Shown: positions 29,001-37,279 of the stretch, piece after piece
How positions within the stretch are numbered: the first letter of the stretch is position 1
How the letters are laid out: the number at the start of each line of letters is the position of its first letter
Assembly (NCBI GenBank): GCA_963664325.2
Contig: CAXXDQ010000003.1
Coordinates: 960,001 to 1,024,000 of the forward strand
Origin: Desulfomonilia bacterium
GTDB lineage: Bacteria; Desulfobacterota; Desulfomonilia; UBA1062
Length of the DNA: 64,000 nucleotides
Reading direction: 5' to 3'
Program-made: the position numbers and the translations under genes
The notes under the pieces: generated by a model
Database searches by the model: none
What the model was told of the DNA's origin: nothing
What the model saw: only the letters and a program-made list of their open reading frames with translations

Positions 29001-31085
29001 CATTAGTGTGATAATCAATATTCATGATACTAAAGAAAACAGCCGCACCAACAATGGAAACTTTCAACTCCATATCCGGATGTGGTTCCAGCCATATTTC
29101 TATAGCATTAGTATATTCATCAATAGTTTTAACTGGTTCACTGATTAAATAATCAGCAAGAAGCATCCCAAGACCATAAACAAGTTTTTGTTTTTCTACG
29201 CGATAGGGAGTTGATTGTAAGCCAGTCCTTTCTAAGAGGCCACCATCGATAATTTCCTGTAAAATGGCATTAGTATTATCTATTCTAGGAAGGGTTTTCA
29301 CAATATCTGCTTTTCCAAAAGAACGTAATCCGGTTATGTATTTATTTGCTAGATTACATAGGATTTGATTAAAGTCCTCATCCGTAATTGGCTGACTAAG
29401 ATTCTTAGCCGTTCTTTCCTTGTAGTCCTGATATATCAGGCGTTCGATTGTAAGATCGCCACTTATCAAAAGAGGCTGGAAGTGTCGTAATGCTAAATCA
29501 CAATAACGTGGTTTTCTAATTAATATAAGTAGTTCTTCTGGAATTGAGATTGAATTTTGAATACCTACCAAGGCTAATTCCTGTCTCAATTCATTGGCAT
29601 CGTAACCAGTTGTTTCGATTACTTTAATACTTAATGTATTAAAATCTAAATTTGACTGAAAAAAATCATTTCTACTGCTCATAAAAATAGCAACATGTTT
29701 ATGCCAATAATCTGAGTTTGATTCTAGAATCAAATGGCGCCATAAAAAATTGGGTTTTTCATTCAAGCCATCCAGATAAAGAAGAAATAGTGGTTCGTCT
29801 GTCTCATGATGCTTCAACCATCCTTCCAAACGTTTCTTCCAGAATGTTTCCGTTTTTCCGCAACGCTTTATCAATATATCAATAATTAATTCATGAAGGT
29901 CTGTTGTCCCTGATAATTGAGCCGATGTGACAGGTAGGAGAATTGGACCGGTATTGTCGTCGAAACTGCTTGCCAACCAGGCCATGCACGCCCATGTTTT
30001 GCCTGTTCCTTCCTCTCCTAAAAGAACAACATGATCAAATTCTGATTTTCTATTTTTATACCAAGAATTGAATTGTTCATTCAGATTACTTCGGATTATT
30101 GGCAAGCGCCGGTCTTTATCGTGTAATCCAATATCTTGATGAAATCCTGCCATCGATTTTACTTGGTTATCAATATGCCCTTGAAACCATTGGCATGATC
30201 TTTTACGTGCATTCTTGAAACCAAATACCGCAGCATCCAGTATTTCACAAAGTTGATCTACAAATCTGTCATAATTTACGTTTTGTTGGATAGAACTGAT
30301 GCTTATTTCTAAATCTTCCATTTTAATATCTTGACTATTTTTGCTGCAGAAATCCTTAATTATATCTGGAAATCTAGCACAAAAAACCTCAAAGTACCCG
30401 CAACCATCAATCCTCGAATCTAAGATTAGACTCTCAATGCCCATACTCTCTGAGAAATTTTTAATTCCCTGCATTTCCTTATCGCCAATTTCTGTTGTTG
30501 TTGCTAAAACCCAGAGATCAAGGTCCGGTAGGGCTTGTATAACTTCAGCGAGTTCGCCTAAAAGTTCTCGTCTACTGATGCTTGATCCTTGCTTATAACG
30601 TTTCATTTCTACTGCTAAAGTGATTCCAGACGGAGAATCTGAAGTAACATCTTTACCTGTCTGGCTACCGGCGCGAGCTAACCGGAATAATTCACTTGTC
30701 CACCTTTCTAATAATTCTCGGATCAACCCTTCAAAACCTGTTAGTCCTATTGGTTTAAGAGTTGTGAGAATTGAAACAAGGGAATTTTCTCTATTATTTG
30801 TAGGATTCAATTTCTTTTTCATTTTATTGCGGTATGTCGATCTCCAATTTTATGAATCATAATTTCAATATAGGAAGTTTCTTACTTGTGTGGCCAATGA
30901 GTTATTCTTCAATAACTCAATATCTCTACGCTAACGATTAAAAAATACTTTGCCGAATTTGATAGATCATTGTTCCTCCTCACAAATAAATTGCACGTGA
31001 TGTTTGAGATAATCGAATCAAGGTTGAATGCTTTATTTTCGTATTTTTGACGAATGATTGCAAATGGTTTTTACAGCAAATCGTA
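26020..31085. mobile_element. Low-GC horizontally acquired segment; no integrase or transposase visible
   Basis: Visibly AT-rich with different codon usage from the flanks; holds one giant ORF. Confidence 0.55.
26077..30822 (-). CDS. Mrr-like PD-(D/E)xK nuclease + STAND/NACHT NTPase + long helical C-terminus (Avs-like antiphage candidate)
   Basis: N-terminal GFEGLIRELL...GKDV...AVEMKRY; Walker A GEEGTGKT; Walker B LLYLDGLNE; MSSR; 1581 aa. Confidence 0.7.
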   Translation of the reverse strand: MKKKLNPTNNRENSLVSILTTLKPIGLTGFEGLIRELLERWTSELFRLARAGSQTGKDVTSDSPSGITLAVEMKRYKQGSSISRRELLGELAEVIQALPDLDLWVLATTTEIGDKEMQGIKNFSESMGIESLILDSRIDGCGYFEVFCARFPDIIKDFCSKNSQDIKMEDLEISISSIQQNVNYDRFVDQLCEILDAAVFGFKNARKRSCQWFQGHIDNQVKSMAGFHQDIGLHDKDRRLPIIRSNLNEQFNSWYKNRKSEFDHVVLLGEEGTGKTWACMAWLASSFDDNTGPILLPVTSAQLSGTTDLHELIIDILIKRCGKTETFWKKRLEGWLKHHETDEPLFLLYLDGLNEKPNFLWRHLILESNSDYWHKHVAIFMSSRNDFFQSNLDFNTLSIKVIETTGYDANELRQELALVGIQNSISIPEELLILIRKPRYCDLALRHFQPLLISGDLTIERLIYQDYKERTAKNLSQPITDEDFNQILCNLANKYITGLRSFGKADIVKTLPRIDNTNAILQEIIDGGLLERTGLQSTPYRVEKQKLVYGLGMLLADYLISEPVKTIDEYTNAIEIWLEPHPDMELKVSIVGAAVFFSIMNIDYHTNARQALLRIWIGSRNMTDLQERAISAYLPDSINDIVEVADFFWSNLQDNGLAQERLAMAFLKHRDDLKVKPVLIDACKRWMSYININGHPFDRSLKEANTIELRQKLFRRLGREVTTGDKVEFQGRHFFITEDDNMLRMARFAMLIISAGDRISFIESFLQWAISRRLMGRHSEFEEASWILRLTEEDIWHEFELNLTQMAMSDNETLKEAAHLLSNCIGNRSANELLERYLHDLYPASEFQIEYEKDPYASIFALSSREDYKPCMARDDLKLWHIVMKLDKYLADPDIVAPESFIIRLCEETQSLPVEEYRASLDHTHDDHIIDTFMPVLARFTFQKLGEIIRRAVHTLDKRNEEGVNQLLIFLPKMGIVLHEPELEILDNILGTYYSKACIWPKHADGGYTDRKVYAVSRGTLARIMHLNVDEIAEFILNRPDKVLDLESLETWFQPLPEKITCDYLERLLTESSPISQYRILWLLCDSKPILSNDHRQKLIEWMESNNTTLKYCTIKFVWSSGDRYLIDHIIQKDSELLKPETSRIDAWIANIYCRYVNDLSLHTLIKYLPLKWISKVIYNNSCRPDDVQLFANLLDSVWQHVSQQENKDDNTFTSPQVESYQKTGATFVYYKEPSYNRAIRIISPFLSWRSNKQEEKIEIHKHLFHESPEDFTSRQQAFQRQIEALMQKDGTQLRYCQLSTDVLVCVYRDNPQMVEKWINKVLEGSSKNDLLFRCNGFYQSLCSALVKIEHPLSFILWKKIRENPHRVNFNNKHIGTDWMTYLPFSAIHFLDARNAAVEMIENSYSDIELLELANAACAYRQQSWIMEITHDLIGKPQLWIRAKGLMLISLADIEFGIDSFVKSSDLDGTWVEKLLPQIKYYHYRNQWARHWYNRFLIVSDNDEAFACFQLFLKSVDRRCFLWMDEIDKRVQEDVRINENRIKFRLTNNDQIESAIKDNEKELNDHFLTLKYDRGQILPFI

Positions 31086-31214
31086 TCAAAAATTATTGCC
31101 CGGCTGTTTTTGAATGAGTCTCAGGGTTTCCTGATAGATGGTCTTTCTCGGGCAGATGGTGATCAGGGTGATTTCGTTGTCGAAATGTTTGCAGATAATC
31201 CTGAATCTGCCTAC
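31086..31214 (-). pseudogene. C-terminal fragment of a RelE/ParE-type toxin
   Basis: Hand translation VGRFRIICKHFDNEITLITICPRKTIYQETLRLIQKQPGNNF* resembles the RelE tail RVGxxRIIY...IGPRxxIY; in-frame TAA at 31266-31268 upstream and no N-terminal half. Confidence 0.55.
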
Positions 31215-31407
31215 GTCGTCGGGGCTTATCACATATGCGATAGCGGAGCCGTCCTTATTGGACGGTTAAGGGAAGGGGACATGGACAAGACGAAAAAAAC
31301 CTGCCGGTTTTATCAGGAGCCGCCGGCGCTATTGTTTGTTGTGAGATCGATCAGGAATGTGTTAGGAAATTTATAGATTCATATCTCAATATTGTCGGGA
31401 GATTGTT

Positions 31408-31626
31408 ATGCCAAAACATGGAAAAGGGGATGCCGGAAAGCCGTTATACGAATCGCCGAAAGTAATGAATCTGGATGCAAGCGACAAGGCATTGGGCGAC
31501 TGCATTTCTATGGGTTCGGGGGACGAGACCTGTTTTCAAAGCGGCTCGTCGGCACTGTTTGTGTGTGACGGCAACGGATCATCAGCGGGTGCATGCAAAG
31601 GAGCAGGCTCGTCCCCGGAGTCCTAG
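31408..31626 (+). CDS. Putative RiPP precursor peptide (YxxPxV leader, four C-x3-GS repeats)
   Basis: GGGAG RBS; YESPKVMNL leader; Cys at residues 32, 42, 53, 63 in CISMGS, CFQSGS, CDGNGS, CKGAGS. Confidence 0.7.
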   Translation: MPKHGKGDAGKPLYESPKVMNLDASDKALGDCISMGSGDETCFQSGSSALFVCDGNGSSAGACKGAGSSPES

Positions 31627-31655
31627 CGCCGCGGAATATTGGCGGAACTGTCATA

Positions 31656-32252
31656 TTGAAGGAAAAGAGGCGTACTCCGGTCAGGTTTATCCGCTCTTAC
31701 CGAGCCGGATTCCTGAGGTCATCTGAAAAACTTTTTGCGATGGTGCAGTCCATTCCCCGATACCGTTCGTTCATGAGAAGGCATGTGCCGGTCACCGGAA
31801 CCTCTGATTATGATGATCTTCCGTATAAGGCCGTTATCCGTCTCCAAAATGAATATAAGGATATCGGCTGGCTGAAAGGCAATAAGGAAAGGACCTTCAT
31901 TTTCGTCCTGATCGGAAACCGGTATGCGGGCTTTGCAAGACTTGACCGGTATGAGAACAGACCGGAATTCGGGAAAGGCGTGTGGCTTATGGACTGCTGG
32001 ATCAGGCCGGTTTTCCGGGGGCTTGGCGCAGGAGAAAGGCTTATTGATAGGGTAATCGGGCATGCCCGTGAAACTGGTTCCGGCGAGGTCTCCCTTTTCG
32101 TTTTCAGGGACAACCAAAGGGCTATCAGTTTTTATAGAAAACTCGGGTTTAAAGAAATAGAGATACCTGAACTCAAGGATAAAATCCTGAAGGGCTATAA
32201 AAGGCCGTTTAATTTCATGAGAATCAGTCTCGACTCTTTTTTACCGTTATGA
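31656..32252 (+). CDS. GNAT family N-acetyltransferase (start uncertain: 31593, 31656 or 31740)
   Basis: WIRPVFRGLGAGERLI, VFRDNQRAISFYRKLGF. Confidence 0.8.
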   Translation: MKEKRRTPVRFIRSYRAGFLRSSEKLFAMVQSIPRYRSFMRRHVPVTGTSDYDDLPYKAVIRLQNEYKDIGWLKGNKERTFIFVLIGNRYAGFARLDRYENRPEFGKGVWLMDCWIRPVFRGLGAGERLIDRVIGHARETGSGEVSLFVFRDNQRAISFYRKLGFKEIEIPELKDKILKGYKRPFNFMRISLDSFLPL

Positions 32253-32390
32253 ACCTGTGCGAAATCGGGCGGAAAAATAATTGACATACAAAATTAACCG
32301 CCACATATTTCCATCAGGAAAGAAGTCCTGAAAAACCAATAAAGACTCGCGGGACATTCTGCAGTTTCTCCCGCACAGGATGGTGCAGAC

Positions 32391-34286
32391 ATGAAAAAAG
32401 GCCGTCTCCGCAGTATTCTCAAATGGGCCGGTTCGATAATAGCCGGCATAGTCCTTATCCTTGTCGTCATCTATCTGCTCCTGCCGAAAGGGCCGAGGGA
32501 GAGCATGGCCTTCGACGATCCGCACCTTAAAGACCGCCCGGCGGTGACGTCGCAGCATTATATGGCGGCAGCCGGGACGCCCTGGGCGACCAGAGCCGCC
32601 ATGGATACGATGGCGAACGGCGGCAACGCCGTGGACGCCGCCGTGGCTGCGCTGCTGGCGCTCAACGTCACTTACGGGGAGGCCGCCAGCTTCCCTGGTG
32701 TAGCGCCTATACTCATCTATGATGCCGTAAACGGGACGATCGAAAGCTATACCGGAGCTGGAAAGGCCCCGGCCAGGGCTACCATCGAGCTGTTCAAGTC
32801 CAAAGGCTGGAAGACTATTCCCAAAATGGATATCTTCTCACAATTGCTTCCGGCCTCTCCTGACGTCATAATCTCCATACTCAGGAAATACGGCACAAAG
32901 TCGTTCACCGAGCTGAGCAGACCGGCGATAAAACTGGCGCGGGAAGGCTTCCCCGTGCATGATACGATGCTCAAGAACCTTAACCTCAGCCTTGTCGAAA
33001 GGCTCGGCTTCACCGTGCTGATGCCGTACAATTCAAAGGTGTATCTGGGAGGGCAGTGGTGGCGTCCTCTGCATCACGGTGAAATCTTCAAGCGTCCCGA
33101 GCTGGCGGACACGTTTGAATCGATGGCAAAGGCCGAACAGGATGTGCTGGCCAGGGGCGGCACGCGTGATGCCGGTCTGCAGGCGGTAAGGGACATGTTT
33201 TATAAAGGCGATATCGCCCGGAAGATCGTGGCTTTCCACAAGAAAAAGGGCGGCCTCTTCACCGCGGAAGACCTCGCCGGCTACAGCGGCTACTGGGAGG
33301 CGCCTCTAACCGGCCGCTTCAGGGAATATACCATCTATGCCAACGATACCTGGAACCAGGGCGCGGTAACACCAATCGTGCTGCAGATACTCAACGGGAT
33401 CGACCTGAAAGCCATGGGTCACAATTCGCCTGAATATGTGCACACGGTCCTGCAGGCCATCGAGCTGGCCATGGCGGACCGTGAGGCTTATATGGGCGAC
33501 CCCAAATTCGTGAAAGTTCCCATCAAGGGGCTGCTCGATACTGCCTACGCCGATGAGCGCGGCAGGCTGATGACGCCGGGCCGGGCCTTCGGCAGGATGC
33601 CGCCTCCGGGCGATCCCTGGAAATACCAGGATGGGTCTTCTTCCCGGCCTGCGCCAGTCTTAGCGGCAGAACCAGGGGCAGGCGCTCCCGGCATGCAGGC
33701 TGGCAAGGACACTAGTTATATAACTGTGGTCGATGCGAACGGCAATGCCGTTTCGCTGACGCCCAGCGATTTTCCGCAGACGCCCATGGTGCCGGGCACG
33801 GGTCTGACGCTGGGCAGCCGCATGAACCAGTTCCGGCTCGACCCCGGGAACCCGGACGCACTTGAGCCCGGCAAAAGGCCGCGCATCACCCCCAACGCAG
33901 CCATGGCGACCAAAAACGGAAAGCTTTTCATGAGCTTCGGAACGCCTGGCGGAGATACGCAGACGCAGACCAATGTCCAGGTGTTCCTGAATATAGTCGT
34001 GTTCGGCATGGACCCGCAGGCCGCCATCAACGCGCCGCGCTTCCAGTCCTACAACTTCCCCGACTCCTTCGCCCCGAATGTCTACAAGCCCGGAACGATC
34101 GGGCTTGAGCTCCCGCTCTACCGGAGCATCGGCAAAGAGCTTGAAGCCATGGGCTACAGGGTTCAAGCCGGCGGCAAATGGGACAACAAGTACGGCGCCG
34201 AGAACGTGATCATGAAAGATCCGGTTTCGGGCAACATCATCGGCGGCTCTGACCCCAGGGAAGAGAACTGGGCCGAGGGCCGGTAG
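32391..34286 (+). CDS. ggt: Gamma-glutamyltransferase family protein, N-terminal membrane anchor
   Basis: GGNAVDAAVA, AMADRE, DTSYITVVD (Thr nucleophile), PGKRP, GTPGGD, GGSDPR. Confidence 0.9.
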   Translation: MKKGRLRSILKWAGSIIAGIVLILVVIYLLLPKGPRESMAFDDPHLKDRPAVTSQHYMAAAGTPWATRAAMDTMANGGNAVDAAVAALLALNVTYGEAASFPGVAPILIYDAVNGTIESYTGAGKAPARATIELFKSKGWKTIPKMDIFSQLLPASPDVIISILRKYGTKSFTELSRPAIKLAREGFPVHDTMLKNLNLSLVERLGFTVLMPYNSKVYLGGQWWRPLHHGEIFKRPELADTFESMAKAEQDVLARGGTRDAGLQAVRDMFYKGDIARKIVAFHKKKGGLFTAEDLAGYSGYWEAPLTGRFREYTIYANDTWNQGAVTPIVLQILNGIDLKAMGHNSPEYVHTVLQAIELAMADREAYMGDPKFVKVPIKGLLDTAYADERGRLMTPGRAFGRMPPPGDPWKYQDGSSSRPAPVLAAEPGAGAPGMQAGKDTSYITVVDANGNAVSLTPSDFPQTPMVPGTGLTLGSRMNQFRLDPGNPDALEPGKRPRITPNAAMATKNGKLFMSFGTPGGDTQTQTNVQVFLNIVVFGMDPQAAINAPRFQSYNFPDSFAPNVYKPGTIGLELPLYRSIGKELEAMGYRVQAGGKWDNKYGAENVIMKDPVSGNIIGGSDPREENWAEGR

Positions 34287-34598
34287 ATCATTTCAAATGA
34301 TGCCTGCGGCATCCGACTGAAGCATTCTGGTTGGATGTTTTTGCCGGATGACTGCAAACGGTTTTACAGAGGCTGCCTCAGGACAGCCAAGCTTATAATG
34401 AGCCGGATTTGACAGCGGGGTTTACAATTTCATGGACGTAAGGCCTTATCATGTGTCAGACAAAGACATGGATGGCGGGCATTCAGGCCGGCTGTCCTGG
34501 CGCTTTAAAAAAGGCCGCATGGACCGGGATGAAGTGTTTCCCCAGGCGGAAAGCCGGTAAGAAAACAGTACGATTGATTTAACTGAGGGGTTAATCGA

Positions 34599-35315
34599 AT
34601 GAATTTAAATATGATAAAAACAAATATCCTTATGGCTGCTGTATTTCTGATGTTTGCAGCGGGATGCAGCAGTATAACAACGGATGAAGACGGCGGACTG
34701 CTCAGGGTCGATGCAGGCAACGACCAGACGGTCTTTGTCGGCGATACTGTGAATTTTGACGGCACCTGCGCTGTCAAAGGGGGCCTGTTTCAAAGGGAAG
34801 CCAGCTGGGATTTCGGCGACGGGACGGGTGAAGACGGCATGACGGCGATACATGTTTATACGCAGCCGGGCGACTATACTGCGGAGTTTACCGTCAGCGT
34901 CATTTACATCGTAACCATAAAGGTTTCAGACGATATCCATATCACTGTCAATCCCCTGCCGCTGGAGGCATTTCTCCCGGCTGAAGACCAATCTGCCGGA
35001 GATTCGGCTCAGACGGCGCTGAAGAACCAGACGGCGGCTGTTCTTCCGGACGGCAGGGTGGTTCTTGCAGGGACCACGGATGAGCAAGACCCTTCCGAAA
35101 TAGCAGTGGCGGTTGAGACTGCGCCGGGCAGCCGTTTGTTCAAACGCTCGGCCTGCTTCGTTCAGAACGAGACGGACAGTCTGCCGGACAGCATCAAGGT
35201 GCTTGACGATGAAAACGTTGAGATAGGCGCGGGCGGTGTCGGTTTCGATGTCTGCCTCGATGGCGGTAAGGTCATTGCGGCGCGGGGCGGGGCGTCAAAA
35301 CGAAACACGCCGTAA
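34599..35315 (+). CDS. PKD-domain lipoprotein
   Basis: Lipobox FAAGC; DAGNDQ, WDFGDG, HVYTQPGDY. Confidence 0.8.
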   Translation: MNLNMIKTNILMAAVFLMFAAGCSSITTDEDGGLLRVDAGNDQTVFVGDTVNFDGTCAVKGGLFQREASWDFGDGTGEDGMTAIHVYTQPGDYTAEFTVSVIYIVTIKVSDDIHITVNPLPLEAFLPAEDQSAGDSAQTALKNQTAAVLPDGRVVLAGTTDEQDPSEIAVAVETAPGSRLFKRSACFVQNETDSLPDSIKVLDDENVEIGAGGVGFDVCLDGGKVIAARGGASKRNTP

Positions 35316-35461
35316 AGGTCCTGACGGGTAGCTTTGCGGGCATTGATCCGGGAGCGTGGTTCTGTCTGCATGGAAGACGGTTTCACAAGGCAGAACCCGG
35401 TTTCCTCGATCTGCGGCCGGGTGATGTTAAAAAGCACGCCGGCCGGCCGGAAGACTGAAGG

Positions 35462-37042
35462 CTACTTTTTAAGCCATCCTCGCGGGTTTGAGCCGAGATC
35501 CTTTTCCCATTTCACCATGTCCGATTCCATCCTGCGGCATATTTCGGGGTATTTGGCCGCCTGATTGTAGCACTCGCCTTCGTCCACATCCAGGCTGTAG
35601 AGATTAGGCCAGTCTGCAAAGTGGCCTTTCTTCGCGGTCTTTCCCATGAAGGTGGTCGGCTTGTCCACTGGCTGCGGCCATGTATAGTGGTTGATGTTGC
35701 GGAAGTATTTCCAGTTTTTCTCGCGTATGCCTTCGAGTTCCTCGTAGTGGTAGAAATAAAGCGTGTCGTGGGGAGAATGTTCGTCCTTGCCTGAAACGAG
35801 CCCCTCTATGTTTTTGCCGTCGATGATGCGGTCGGAAGGAAGCGTGAGCCCTGCGGCAGCGGTAAGAGTGGGGAAGAGGTCGATGTTCATGGCAGGCTCT
35901 GTACACACTGTCCCTGCATTTGCATGGCCGGGCCACCTGACGATGAACGGCACTCGGTATCCGCCTTCGTAGCTCTGCCCTTTCCTTCCTCTGAATTCGC
36001 CCGGGCTTCCGTTGTACCAGGGGCCATTGTCGCTGGTGAACATTACGATGGTATTGTCCCCGATGCCGTTCCTTTCGAGGCATTTCATGATCTCTCCAAC
36101 GTTCCAGTCGATTTCTTCCACTGCATCGCCGAATATGCCGACCCTGGATTTGTCCTTGAATTTCTCCGATGCGTACAGGGGCTGGTGCGGGAAGGTATTG
36201 GCCAGATAGAGGAAGAAAGGCCCGTCTTTCGATTTGTTGATAAAGTCTATCGCCTCTTTCGTATACATGCCCGTGAGCCTGGCCTGATTGTCTTTGATGT
36301 CCGGCTCCAGCATGGTCTCGTCGCGGTAAAGCGCGCAGGGCGGCATGTCGTTGCTGTGCGGCACGCCGAAGAAGCTGTCGAAGCCGTGTCGCCTGGGATT
36401 GTACTGCGGATTCACGCTGAAATCTCCCAGGTGCCACTTGCCGACCATGCCGGTGCGGTATCCCGCCACCTTCAGCGCCCCGGCCAGGGTGATCTCGTCT
36501 TCGGGCAGGCCCTTGACCCAGCAGTCCTCCTGGACGTCGACGGCGCCCAGGCTGCCGAACCAGCGGCCGAGCCTCCTTATCGTATTCTGCATGAAAGATT
36601 CATTGGAGGCGGGCATGACGAAAATGAGCCCGGAACGGACCGCATAGCGGCCGGTCAAAAGGCCGTAGCGAGACGGGGTGCATACCGAGCATGACGAATA
36701 GAAGTCGGTGAAGCGTACCCCGTCTTTTGCAAGGCCGTCGATGTTAGGTGTCCTGATAGCCTCGTTGCCGTAGCATCCCAGGTCGCCCCATCCCAGGTCG
36801 TCGCAAAGGATAACGATGATATTAGGTTTTTTACCGGCATACCCGGGGAGTTCAGAGATCACCTGTCCGGGGATGACCCGGCCCCTTTCCGAGGCCGAAT
36901 AGACATCCGCATCGAATACGGCGCCGTGCTCCTTATCGCCCACGATCTTTCTGCAGCCCCAGAGACCCCCGCCCGCGATAGCGGCAGCGGTCAGGGCGCT
37001 CATCCTGACAAATGAACGTCTTGTCATAAGGTCTTTTGCCAT
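35462..37042 (-). CDS. Cys-type sulfatase with a Tat (lipo)protein signal
   Basis: DDLGWGD, CTPSR...LLTGR, GKWHLG, SDNG; N-terminus TRRSFV...LWGC. Confidence 0.9.
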   Translation of the reverse strand: MAKDLMTRRSFVRMSALTAAAIAGGGLWGCRKIVGDKEHGAVFDADVYSASERGRVIPGQVISELPGYAGKKPNIIVILCDDLGWGDLGCYGNEAIRTPNIDGLAKDGVRFTDFYSSCSVCTPSRYGLLTGRYAVRSGLIFVMPASNESFMQNTIRRLGRWFGSLGAVDVQEDCWVKGLPEDEITLAGALKVAGYRTGMVGKWHLGDFSVNPQYNPRRHGFDSFFGVPHSNDMPPCALYRDETMLEPDIKDNQARLTGMYTKEAIDFINKSKDGPFFLYLANTFPHQPLYASEKFKDKSRVGIFGDAVEEIDWNVGEIMKCLERNGIGDNTIVMFTSDNGPWYNGSPGEFRGRKGQSYEGGYRVPFIVRWPGHANAGTVCTEPAMNIDLFPTLTAAAGLTLPSDRIIDGKNIEGLVSGKDEHSPHDTLYFYHYEELEGIREKNWKYFRNINHYTWPQPVDKPTTFMGKTAKKGHFADWPNLYSLDVDEGECYNQAAKYPEICRRMESDMVKWEKDLGSNPRGWLKK

Positions 37043-37199
37043 AATTGCCTCCTTCCAGCAGGATAATACGTTATCCGCCTATACCCTGGTTATGCCTGAA
37101 ACATGATAAAACACCGATGAGGAAACAGCGTGGATGATGTGTTCATAAACTGCCGGATGCGAGGTTTCTGCCTTGGAATATAGGCAATATGAGAACTTC

Positions 37200-37257
37200 A
37201 TGTCAAGCTGATAAACCCAGGCAAACTGCTTGACATAAAACCTTCAATCTCTATACT
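37200..37257 (+). promoter_or_regulatory. Sigma-70 promoter with an inverted repeat overlapping the -35 box
   Basis: TTGACA (37230-37235)-16 bp-TATACT (37252-37257); atgtcaagc (37200-37208) / gcttgacat (37228-37236). Confidence 0.55.
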
Positions 37258-37279
37258 GCCAACTACAAAAGGAGTATCT

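Noticed and set aside
30885-30940. Hairpin gagttatt/aataactc near ctaac as an integron att site
   Set aside because: The attC box pattern is incomplete and no intI is in the window; kept only as a suggested check
31047-31376. 109-aa + strand ORF
   Set aside because: TTG start, no motifs; the opposite strand carries the RelE-like remnant
34379-34560. Possible riboswitch upstream of the PKD lipoprotein (caggacagcc/ggctgtcctg arms, GAAA-loop hairpin)
   Set aside because: No match to a riboswitch consensus I can recognise; needs an Rfam scan
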